Shown here one piece after another: positions 1 through 7,398 of a stretch of DNA of 17,758 nucleotides. Origin of the DNA: Promethearchaeota archaeon (GTDB lineage: Archaea > Asgardarchaeota > Lokiarchaeia > Sigyniarchaeales > SOKP01); the NCBI GenBank assembly GCA_011364975.1, contig RDOE01000066.1, positions 1 through 17,758 of the forward strand, in the 5' to 3' direction. The position numbers and the translations under genes are program-made. The number at the start of each line of letters is the position of its first letter. Position 1 is the first letter of the stretch. The notes below the pieces were generated by a model that saw only the letters and a program-made list of their open reading frames with translations, was not told where the DNA came from and made no database searches.

Positions 1-1
1 G

Positions 2-1273
2 AATAATGGACTACACTCAATTCAATTATTTGCAAACGATACAGTCGGAAATCATTATTTTTCTGAATTACGGTATTTTACGATGGAAACCAGTGGACCA
101 TCAATATCTATTCTTTCTCCATCTCTTAGTCAGTATTTTGGAACTAATCCTCCAGACTTTAGTCTTAATATCCAAGGAGTCAATCTCGATAAAAGGTGGT
201 ATAGTTTAGACGGAGGATTAACAAATATTACTTTCAATTCCAATACTGGAACTATTAACCAAATTGAATGGGATAAGGCATCACATGGTTCTGTATCAAT
301 AACATTTTATATATATGATTTATTTAGTCGATGGGGTTTTACAAGTATAAATATTAATAAAGATTTGAATCCTCCAACGACAAATATATATTATACTGCT
401 TATAGTGCTCCGAATAAAGTCATAAGTTCTACAACTTTTACACTTTTAGCAACAGATAATTCAGAATCGGGAGTATCGTTGAGAAGATATAAAGTGAACG
501 ATGGCCCATGGCAATCTTATATAGGACCTTTTACGCTTGCAAGTTTAAGTTTAGGAAATTATACTATCTCCTATCAATCTGTAGATAATGTGGGAAACGT
601 AGAAACAGAAAAATATCTAGAAGTTCAATTGATATCAACACCAATACCTCCTCCCCCTCCTCCAGATCTTACATTTATAATCTATATAGTAATTGGGATA
701 GCAATAGCACTTTTTGGTATGATATATCTTAAAGTGATCAGACCAAAAACAGCAGATTCACGTGCGAGGAAGAAGGAGGTAAAAATGGAAAGAACTCGCC
801 TAAAATCCGAACTATTAGAGCAGCAGAGTAGAGAGCAAGAGCGGTTAAGGCAAATCTTAATTGAACAGAAAAGGTTGGAACGAGAAAAAGTAATTCAACA
901 GCAAATGGAACAAGTTCGTTTTGAGAAAGAGCGATTAGAGCAAATTAGAATAATGAAGGAATTAGAAAAGCAAAGCCAAGCTGAATTGATAAAAAAACAA
1001 CGACTTGAAGAAGAACACGCGATAATTGAAAAAATTAGGAAAGTAATGAATGTCTCCACGAGAGTTAAAATGGATACATTAAAAGATTATCTTAAAATGG
1101 ATACAACCACTTTCAATCAAAAAATTTTTGATTGGGCAGCACAATTTAACTTTACAATCGATGGAGATTACCTAAATATAAGGAAAGAAAATGTATCAGA
1201 TTTCATAGATGAGTTAGAAAAACAATTCTCAAGCTGGAGAAGAACAGAAGAAAATCAACTCGATAAATTATAA
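2..1273 (+). CDS. 5'-truncated single-pass membrane protein: extracellular Ig-like/beta-sandwich repeats, poly-Pro linker, TM helix, charged coiled-coil, C-terminal helical domain
   Basis: The frame of ORF 83..1273 is open back to base 2 (NNGLHSIQLFANDTVGNHYFSELRYFT-M), so the gene starts left of the window. Repeated Ig-like strand signatures (ANDTVGN, YDLFSRW, SVDNVGNVE), PIPPPPPP linker, TM LTFIIYIVIGIAIALFGMIYL, E/R/K/Q-rich helix, then an ~80-aa C-terminal domain. Confidence 0.8.
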   Translation, partial: NNGLHSIQLFANDTVGNHYFSELRYFTMETSGPSISILSPSLSQYFGTNPPDFSLNIQGVNLDKRWYSLDGGLTNITFNSNTGTINQIEWDKASHGSVSITFYIYDLFSRWGFTSININKDLNPPTTNIYYTAYSAPNKVISSTTFTLLATDNSESGVSLRRYKVNDGPWQSYIGPFTLASLSLGNYTISYQSVDNVGNVETEKYLEVQLISTPIPPPPPPDLTFIIYIVIGIAIALFGMIYLKVIRPKTADSRARKKEVKMERTRLKSELLEQQSREQERLRQILIEQKRLEREKVIQQQMEQVRFEKERLEQIRIMKELEKQSQAELIKKQRLEEEHAIIEKIRKVMNVSTRVKMDTLKDYLKMDTTTFNQKIFDWAAQFNFTIDGDYLNIRKENVSDFIDELEKQFSSWRRTEENQLDKL

Positions 1274-1302
1274 CATAAGCAGAGATCTATTTATGTTATT
1301 TT
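1270..1302. terminator. Putative bidirectional terminator hairpin between convergent genes
   Basis: Perfect 9-bp inverted repeat ATAACATAA (1270-1278) / TTATGTTAT (1291-1299) that includes the stop codons of both convergent genes; short T run at 1299-1302. Confidence 0.5.
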
Positions 1303-2027
1303 AAGTTCAATATTTTTTTTTGTATGTTAATTACATCTAAAATTCCTTTTTCTCCAATATCTAAAATTTCGTTCAATCTTTCCCGAGAAAACGGGTCACC
1401 TTCAGCAGTTCCTTGAACTTCAATTAGTTCTAAATCCTCGTTTACTACAAGATTGAAATCAACATCTACCTTAGAATCTTCTTCATAATTCAAATCTAAT
1501 AATATTTTATCGTTTTTAATTCCAAGAGAGATAGCAGCGGTTACCTTATAGTCGGGGAATTCATAGATCATCTGTTCGTTATACATATAATTTAAAGCAT
1601 CAAAAACTGCAACGAAAGCGCCAGTTATGGAAGCACATCTGGTTCCACCATCTGCTTGAATTACATCACAATCCACTTTTATTGTACGTTCCCCAATTTT
1701 ATCAAAATTAAAGGCAGCTCTCATACTTCTTCCAATCAGTCTCTGTATTTCATGCGTACGACCTTTTATTCTCTGCCTTTCCCGTTCCCTTTGGTTCCTA
1801 ATTTGAGTTGCTCGAGGGAGCATATTGTATTCCGCGGTAATCCACCCTGTTCCGGTATCCATTAAAAATCGAGGAACGGATTCTTCGACTGTAACTGCGA
1901 CAATTACTTTTGTATCTCCTTGAGTGATTAAAACCGAACCTTCAGGGTATTTTAAATAGTTACGTTCTATTGTAGTTTTTCTAATCTCGTCAAATTTTCT
2001 GCCATCGAGCCTTAAATTTCCTTGCAT
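1296..2027 (-). CDS. rph: Ribonuclease PH (bacterial type, tRNA 3' phosphorolytic exoribonuclease)
   Basis: Motifs RLDGR, EGSVLI, GWITAEYNMLPRAT, GRTHEIQRLIGRSMRA, DCDVIQADGGTRCASITGA, LDLNYEEDS, IEVQGTAEG; 243 aa. Confidence 0.95.
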   Translation of the reverse strand: MQGNLRLDGRKFDEIRKTTIERNYLKYPEGSVLITQGDTKVIVAVTVEESVPRFLMDTGTGWITAEYNMLPRATQIRNQRERERQRIKGRTHEIQRLIGRSMRAAFNFDKIGERTIKVDCDVIQADGGTRCASITGAFVAVFDALNYMYNEQMIYEFPDYKVTAAISLGIKNDKILLDLNYEEDSKVDVDFNLVVNEDLELIEVQGTAEGDPFSRERLNEILDIGEKGILDVINIQKKILNLK

Positions 2028-2130
2028 AGCTTCTAGACCAAATTATTCTTTATTACAAAATCCTATGAAAAATGTTATGAATAAAAATAAGTGACTCATT
2101 TATGTAAAATATAGATAATTAAAATAGTTT

Positions 2131-2162
2131 TAGAAAAAGAGAATTGAATCAATATATTGATT
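2131..2162 (-). terminator. Putative terminator after pheA
   Basis: Perfect 16-bp palindrome AATCAATATATTGATT (2147-2162) 11 nt past the pheA stop, followed on the minus strand by the pyrimidine/U tract TTCTCTTTTTCT. Confidence 0.5.
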
Positions 2163-2173
2163 GCATAATACTT

Positions 2174-3274
2174 CTACTTAAATGGGTAGGTACCTAAAAC
2201 CTTATACCAGATTACGTTTGCTTTCATTTGTTCTAATACATCTTTCACTTTTGTATCTTCTTTATCCCCCTCAAAATCCATGAAAAAAATGTATTCCCAT
2301 CGACCTTTTCTCCTTGGTCTTGATTCAATTTTTGAAAGATTAATTTCAGCATCAGAAAAGATCTTCAATACCCAATATAATGCACCGGGTACATGTTTTG
2401 TGACAAAAACAATGGATGTTTTCATTTTCTCAGTTTTAATTGGATTTTCTGTTTTAGATATTATTAAAAATCGTGTAAAGTTTGAGGGCTCATCTTCAAT
2501 TTTCGAACTTAAAACTTTCAATTCATATACTTCCGCAGCAAATTCTGTACCAATTGCAGCATAAGATTTGTCCTCTAACTTTCTAATTCTTCTTACTGCT
2601 TCAGCAGTAGAGCTTACATCGATTAAATTGGCATTGGGTAAATTTGCCTTCAGCCATGATCTTGTTTGAGCAAAAGCCTGAGGATGAGAAAAAATATTTT
2701 TTATCTGAGAAAGCTCTGAATCCTTTATACCGATAAGATTTTGAACAATTCTTAACTCTATTTCTCCTTGAATGAATAGTTCTTTTTCAATGAGCATGTC
2801 TAAGGTTTCTCTAACGGTACCTTGAAGACTGTTTTCAATAGGTACCACTCCAAATTCAAGTGTATCTTTTTCAATGTTTTCAAATATCTCTTGAGTAGTG
2901 TTATATGATAAAAATTGCGTTCCCGCTTTTGGGAAAAATTCAAGAGCTGCTTGGTGTGTAAAAGTACCCATTGGTCCTAGATATCCTACCTTGGCAATTG
3001 TTCCTTGAATTCCTCGGCTTGCACTAATAATCTCTTTCCAGATTGCTTCAATTCCCTCTTTTCTAAAGATAGTGGACTTGGTTTTGAGCCTCTCAATGAC
3101 TTCCTTTTCTCTTTCAGGTTGTAATACTTCTAAATTGAGTTCTTTCTTTAAGTTCCCTAACCTTAACGCTATATTACCTCGCTCATTCAAAAGATCCAAT
3201 AATTTATCATCAATACTGTCAATCTTTTTTCTTATATCTTCCAATTCTGTTGTATATTTATCTTCTTCACTCAA
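2174..3274 (-). CDS. pheA: Bifunctional chorismate mutase / prephenate dehydratase (P-protein) with ACT domain
   Basis: N-terminal AroQ chorismate mutase (LEDIRKKIDSIDDKLLDLLNER...PERE), PDT motifs YLGPMGTFT, GVVPIENS, SHPQA, NFTRF, ACT domain INLSKIESRP and WEYIFFMD; TTG start. Confidence 0.95.
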   Translation of the reverse strand: MSEEDKYTTELEDIRKKIDSIDDKLLDLLNERGNIALRLGNLKKELNLEVLQPEREKEVIERLKTKSTIFRKEGIEAIWKEIISASRGIQGTIAKVGYLGPMGTFTHQAALEFFPKAGTQFLSYNTTQEIFENIEKDTLEFGVVPIENSLQGTVRETLDMLIEKELFIQGEIELRIVQNLIGIKDSELSQIKNIFSHPQAFAQTRSWLKANLPNANLIDVSSTAEAVRRIRKLEDKSYAAIGTEFAAEVYELKVLSSKIEDEPSNFTRFLIISKTENPIKTEKMKTSIVFVTKHVPGALYWVLKIFSDAEINLSKIESRPRRKGRWEYIFFMDFEGDKEDTKVKDVLEQMKANVIWYKVLGTYPFK

Positions 3275-3320
3275 TATGATCCCATTTTTGATTAATTGAA
3301 TTTAAATAAAGATAATTAAC

Positions 3321-4997
3321 TTAAATAAATTTTTGTAAGTTTAATTCAAATCCCGCAACGGGAAATTCTAATTTGAAATTTAAAAGAACTTCAGGGTGAA
3401 TTTCACCGATCTCTCCTACTTTCGTCTTTTTATAATAAATCTCTCCGTACCTTCCCTCAATATATGTCGGATTTGTTGAGGGTTTAATTGTATAATCATT
3501 ACTCAATCCGAGAGAATTCATAATATAATCTAAAGCTGATCGAATTTCAGTAAAATCAGCATCTTCATGATACGAGACTGCCGATAAGTGTACCTCTCTT
3601 TTAGCTCCAGTTTCTTCTTTCGAAGCTAATAGTAAAATGTCCCCCACTTCAAAAATTTTTATTGGTTTTTCCTCGGATCGATTAAAGCGAAGGGTTTCCA
3701 TTAATTTAGGTAAAATTGCTGTACGAGTAGTATCATATTCTTTGGATACTGGATTTGCAATTTGAATTAAATTATCTATTTTGAACTCTTGTTTCATAGA
3801 ATGGTAATTTCTTTCTGAATTGGAAAGAATAAAATTAAGAACCTCTAAATACCCTGCCCCGATCATAATTATTCTAATCTTATTTTGAAATGATTGAATC
3901 GGATGATATTCTCCAATTCCCCCCTCTCTAATTGTTTTGGGGATATTATAATACCCATACCCAATAGCTACTTCTTCAGTAAAATCTACGGAATGCATTA
4001 TATCTCCACGAAATGCTGGAACTTCGACTTCTATATATCCTTTCTTTTTAGATTTTGCAGCATTCATTCTGACTTTCTTCAAACATTTAATTATTTCTTC
4101 ATTAGATAACTTAAGACCTATAAAACTATTGATATAATCCGCGTTTATTTCCCATTTTTTAGCATCGAGATTTGGAGTGACAATCTCTTTCTCTCCTTCA
4201 TAAATAACTTTAACAGATTCAATTTCTGCTCCCATATCTGATAATGTAGTTGAGAGTATATTCAATGCAAGGTTTATGGCGTTAAAGTCAGTACCCGTTA
4301 AATCTAAGAAAAGATTTTTTGTTTCATCTGTAACTGTGGTCAGTTCACCATTGATGATAGGAGGAAACGAAAGTACTTCATTGTTTTTATCAAAAATTAT
4401 AGGATAAACCTCTTTTCCTTCAAGAATATGAGCATATTCAATTCCTTTATCGTGTAGTAATAAAATTTCTTCTAGATTCATTGGATATCCATCACCATGT
4501 AAAGGAACAAAACTTACTGAATCAGGCTTTACTGCTGTGTACCGATATGGAGGAGCTACTTTATCTAAATCGTGAACTCCTATTGCAACTTTTTTTCTAC
4601 CTCGACCAACAGCCCAGTGAAGATGTTCTTGAATATTCATTAAGGTGGCTACTTCTTCTTCATCTAAATCTATATTTCGAATGACTCCACATACTATGTA
4701 GGGTCTTACTTTTTTTACACTTGGATCTACATTTAATATTACTTTACCCGGAGTTATGTTAAATTGAGGCAACCCAAGTTCTACTTCGTAATATCCTTTT
4801 AAAGCTCGAGCTATTCCCTCTGGGCTTGAAAAATCTGGTCTATTTGGATTATATTCAACCTTTAATGTTTGTTCTTCTTCATTAATATCTTCAAGATCTA
4901 AACTTATCCATTGGAGATCGTATTCCAAATCTTTAAGTGATAATTTTTTGCCTACTAATCTCTCTAACCGGTCTATTTTCAATTCTAAAGTCGGCAT
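3321..4997 (-). CDS. pheT: Phenylalanine--tRNA ligase beta subunit (archaeal/eukaryotic type)
   Basis: MPTL start, NRPDFSSPEGIARAL, KKVAIGVHDLD, VLSFPPIING, PAFRGDIMHSVDFTEEVAIGYGY, GEIHPEVL. Start moved from 5039 to ATG 4997, which has a strong RBS and removes the overlap with pheS; 558 aa. Confidence 0.95.
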   Translation of the reverse strand: MPTLELKIDRLERLVGKKLSLKDLEYDLQWISLDLEDINEEEQTLKVEYNPNRPDFSSPEGIARALKGYYEVELGLPQFNITPGKVILNVDPSVKKVRPYIVCGVIRNIDLDEEEVATLMNIQEHLHWAVGRGRKKVAIGVHDLDKVAPPYRYTAVKPDSVSFVPLHGDGYPMNLEEILLLHDKGIEYAHILEGKEVYPIIFDKNNEVLSFPPIINGELTTVTDETKNLFLDLTGTDFNAINLALNILSTTLSDMGAEIESVKVIYEGEKEIVTPNLDAKKWEINADYINSFIGLKLSNEEIIKCLKKVRMNAAKSKKKGYIEVEVPAFRGDIMHSVDFTEEVAIGYGYYNIPKTIREGGIGEYHPIQSFQNKIRIIMIGAGYLEVLNFILSNSERNYHSMKQEFKIDNLIQIANPVSKEYDTTRTAILPKLMETLRFNRSEEKPIKIFEVGDILLLASKEETGAKREVHLSAVSYHEDADFTEIRSALDYIMNSLGLSNDYTIKPSTNPTYIEGRYGEIYYKKTKVGEIGEIHPEVLLNFKLEFPVAGFELNLQKFI

Positions 4998-5006
4998 ACT
5001 TTTTAA

Positions 5007-5014
5007 ACCTCCTC
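5007..5014 (-). promoter_or_regulatory. Shine-Dalgarno site of pheT
   Basis: GAGGAGGT directly after the pheS stop and 9 nt upstream of ATG 4997. Confidence 0.75.
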
Positions 5015-6550
5015 TTAGTAAGACTGATTCCTCAACCATTTAATTGGATTTATATACAAATCTCTTATATCTTCCCGTTCATAATATAACATCGCAATTC
5101 TTTCCAAACCTTGACCCCAGGCTAACACTCTCGTTGGTTCCTTTATACCCCAAGGATAGGTTACCTCTGGACGAAAAATCCCAGACCCTCCCATCTCTAA
5201 CCACTGACCTAATTTATCATAATACACCGAGACTTCCATGCTTGGTTCTGTGTATGGAAAAAATCCTGGTCGTGTAACGATTTTTTTAAATCCCATTTTC
5301 CTATAAAATTCTGATAATAATCCAATTAAGTCACCTAAATTTGCATTATCATCTATTACAATCCCTTCTACTTGAGTAAATTCTGCTAAATGAGATTTAT
5401 CTACCCTTTCATTGCGAAATACTCTATCTATACAAAATACTTTGATAGGTGGGGTATCATTATTGTTATAATATTCCGCTAATCTTCTTATAGTTGTAGC
5501 TGTAGTATGGGTTCTAAGAACTGTTTGCTTGGCTATATTTTCATCCCAATTATACCCCCATCCTGTAGAATTTGAATCTCCTCCATTTTCATGGGTTGCC
5601 TTCACTGCTAATACACGATCTTTTGCGGGTAATTTTGCTACTTTTGGAATATTCAAATAAAATGTATCTTGAAGTTCTCGAGCCGGATGATCCTGAGGTT
5701 GAAATAATGCATCAAAATTAAAGAAAGCACTTTCTATTACCGGACCACGTATTTCAGTAAATCCCATTGATATAAAAATCTCTCGAATTTGGTTAATGAG
5801 ATTGATAACGGGATGTATCTTTCCTGCTTTTAGCGTTGGGCCTGGTATTGTAATATCAAACGGCTTTAAACTGACAGTACTCCATTCACCAGAACTAAGC
5901 ATTTCAGCTGTGAGTTTACTTACTTGCTTTAATTCCTTTATATCGGATAATTTTATTTTTTTACCTTTTTCTGTTAAATAAATGACTCTTTGAGTTTTGC
6001 TCATCCTTTTAATCAGTTTTCGCTTGTTTAAAATATCCAGATTAGTTGTTTCTTCAATAGATAATGAGCCATAATCCATAATCGAATCATCGTGAAATTT
6101 GCTCAAAAATTGTTCTAAATCTGTTTTAGGAAAACTTTCGGTCATTAGAAATATTTTATTCTCTCCTGATGCTTTACTTTGTGCAATCCATCTATTCTTT
6201 TTCATGTTTGTAATACCAACATAAAAAATTGGCCTCGGTAAGTTTGATGATTTAAGTAAATCATCCATCTCAATTTCTTTGATATCTTTCTCCACAAATA
6301 TATTTAATAATTGCCGTTCAGGCAATCCTTTTTTTAGATAGGACATCCCTTCCTCAGTTAAAGTCACTTGATTTATTTCCGATTCACGAAATCCAGCAAG
6401 ATCGTGTGCTATCAAATCATTAATAGCAGACATAAGAACTATATAATCAATATCCAATTCTTTTGATAATTTTGAAGCTAATACATCTGTATTTTTGTTC
6501 TTAAGGATTTTTAGAATGTCAATAACTTGCTTTTTTAATTCGATTGGCAT
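5015..6550 (-). CDS. pheS: Phenylalanine--tRNA ligase alpha subunit (archaeal/eukaryotic long type)
   Basis: N-terminal extension (LTEEG...GLPE), GKIHP, FNFDALFQPQDHPARELQDTF, VLRTHTT, DRVFRNE, HLAEFTQVEG, FFPYTEPSME, GGSGIFRPEV, WGQGLERIAM; 511 aa. Confidence 0.97.
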   Translation of the reverse strand: MPIELKKQVIDILKILKNKNTDVLASKLSKELDIDYIVLMSAINDLIAHDLAGFRESEINQVTLTEEGMSYLKKGLPERQLLNIFVEKDIKEIEMDDLLKSSNLPRPIFYVGITNMKKNRWIAQSKASGENKIFLMTESFPKTDLEQFLSKFHDDSIMDYGSLSIEETTNLDILNKRKLIKRMSKTQRVIYLTEKGKKIKLSDIKELKQVSKLTAEMLSSGEWSTVSLKPFDITIPGPTLKAGKIHPVINLINQIREIFISMGFTEIRGPVIESAFFNFDALFQPQDHPARELQDTFYLNIPKVAKLPAKDRVLAVKATHENGGDSNSTGWGYNWDENIAKQTVLRTHTTATTIRRLAEYYNNNDTPPIKVFCIDRVFRNERVDKSHLAEFTQVEGIVIDDNANLGDLIGLLSEFYRKMGFKKIVTRPGFFPYTEPSMEVSVYYDKLGQWLEMGGSGIFRPEVTYPWGIKEPTRVLAWGQGLERIAMLYYEREDIRDLYINPIKWLRNQSY

Positions 6551-6726
6551 AACAAAAGTTCAAAAATATTATATTTTTTTCTATAGGTTTTTAAAATATT
6601 TAACTTATTTAAATCTTTCGCGGAGAATAGCGCTTTTCTTGAGCCTATCTTAAAATAGAACAATTCTAATGTGTTAAACCATGTAGGATCTCTAACTTTT
6701 ATAATTGAATTTTTAATAATGCCGCA

Positions 6727-6768
6727 GCCAAGGGATTAATTTGTAAGAAAGCCCTTTAAACCCTTGGC
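6727..6768 (-). promoter_or_regulatory. GC-rich leader hairpin upstream of pheS (candidate attenuator element)
   Basis: Minus strand GCCAAGGG-U-UUAA...UUAA-U-CCCUUGGC: 8 perfect bp, one U-U mismatch, 4 further bp, in otherwise very AT-rich intergenic DNA. Confidence 0.6.
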
Positions 6769-6842
6769 AGGTTAAAATGATTGAAGAAAAAGCTAACTTG
6801 ATAGAGTTCTAACAGATCTACTAACTTATACTTTTGATTCAT
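6756..6842 (-). CDS. Putative Phe-rich leader peptide, 28 aa MNQKYKLVDLLELYQVSFFFNHFNLPRV
   Basis: ATG at 6842, purine-rich GAGAAGAG just upstream, codons TTT TTC TTC AAT CAT TTT at 6791-6774, TAA at 6758-6756; same strand as and 205 nt upstream of pheS. Shorter than any ORF in the supplied track. Confidence 0.6.
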   Translation of the reverse strand: MNQKYKLVDLLELYQVSFFFNHFNLPRV

Positions 6843-6878
6843 CAATAACTCTTCTCAAGTGCAGTTTTAATTACTTAC

Positions 6879-6895
6879 TATAATTATTTTTTTCC
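6879..6895 (-). promoter_or_regulatory. Possible BRE/TATA promoter for the phe leader transcript
   Basis: Minus strand GGAAAAAAA-TAATTATA about 37-53 nt upstream of the leader ATG; weak evidence because the region is AT-rich. Confidence 0.3.
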
Positions 6896-6910
6896 TAAAA
6901 AATTTTGCGG

Positions 6911-7357
6911 CTATTCTAATTTTTCTCGTATATTTGTTGAACTAATTAATCTATTGTCTTTATCCTTTAACATAGGAATTACAACAAGAATTAATGGTAC
7001 CATCCCCTTTTTTTCACGGGCCTCATTTAATTTTATGCCATTCTCATAAGTTTCTTGGCTTACCACTAAAGCTTCATATTCTGGATCGAGAGCATATCCA
7101 GTCATTTGTTCCCAACTTTTTATAGTAACTATATTTACTCGATTTAAATCTGAAATTGAAGCGATATAATCTTTAAGCTTTTTTTTTCTAACTTCAAAGC
7201 TTTCTAAATGAGAGCCATATTTTTTATTTTTTAACAAATCTTCAGAAGTTAAACCAATTTCTATAAATTCAGAGACTGATAATGCTATTTTTATTAGCAA
7301 TTTATGACCATCGTGTAAATGGTCAAAAGTTCCGCCTAGCCCAACCTTTTTAAAAAT
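6911..7357 (-). CDS. coaD: Phosphopantetheine adenylyltransferase, archaeal type (cytidylyltransferase superfamily)
   Basis: The frame extends upstream of the called TTG (7300) to include (I)FKKVGLGGTFDHLHDGHKLL, the GGTFD-HxGH motif; also IGLTSE, ALVVSQET, LNEAREKKGM, ISSTNIR. Proposed start ATT at 7357 gives 148 aa. Confidence 0.88.
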   Translation of the reverse strand: MFKKVGLGGTFDHLHDGHKLLIKIALSVSEFIEIGLTSEDLLKNKKYGSHLESFEVRKKKLKDYIASISDLNRVNIVTIKSWEQMTGYALDPEYEALVVSQETYENGIKLNEAREKKGMVPLILVVIPMLKDKDNRLISSTNIREKLE

Positions 7358-7398
7358 TAGGATACACCTTTCAAACTAAGACTTATATACTTAATTAG

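Noticed and set aside
6-209. Alternative-frame ORF of 67 aa
   Set aside because: It overlaps the open frame of the Ig-like protein that runs from base 2.
4998-5039. 14-aa N-terminal extension of pheT in the ORF track
   Set aside because: It overlaps pheS and contains the RBS for ATG 4997; MPT is the usual start for this family.
1656-5981. Short plus-strand ORFs opposite rph, pheA, pheT and pheS
   Set aside because: Antisense shadows of well-supported genes with no motifs.
6719-6739. Plus-strand mini-ORF MPQPRD
   Set aside because: Six codons, antisense to the phe leader; a by-product of the hairpin arm.
6719-6770. tRNA-like fragment (minus strand ...ATCCCTTGGCTGCGGCA resembles a tRNA 3' end)
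   Set aside because: No matching 5' acceptor strand, no GTTCRA T-loop and no cloverleaf.
6727-6782. SECIS element
   Set aside because: No neighbouring gene has a plausible in-frame Sec UGA, and no tandem GA core is evident in the hairpin.
6551-6910. T-box riboswitch upstream of pheS
   Set aside because: No GGUGGNACC T-box sequence on the minus strand and no recognisable stem I; the Phe-codon uORF explains the region better.
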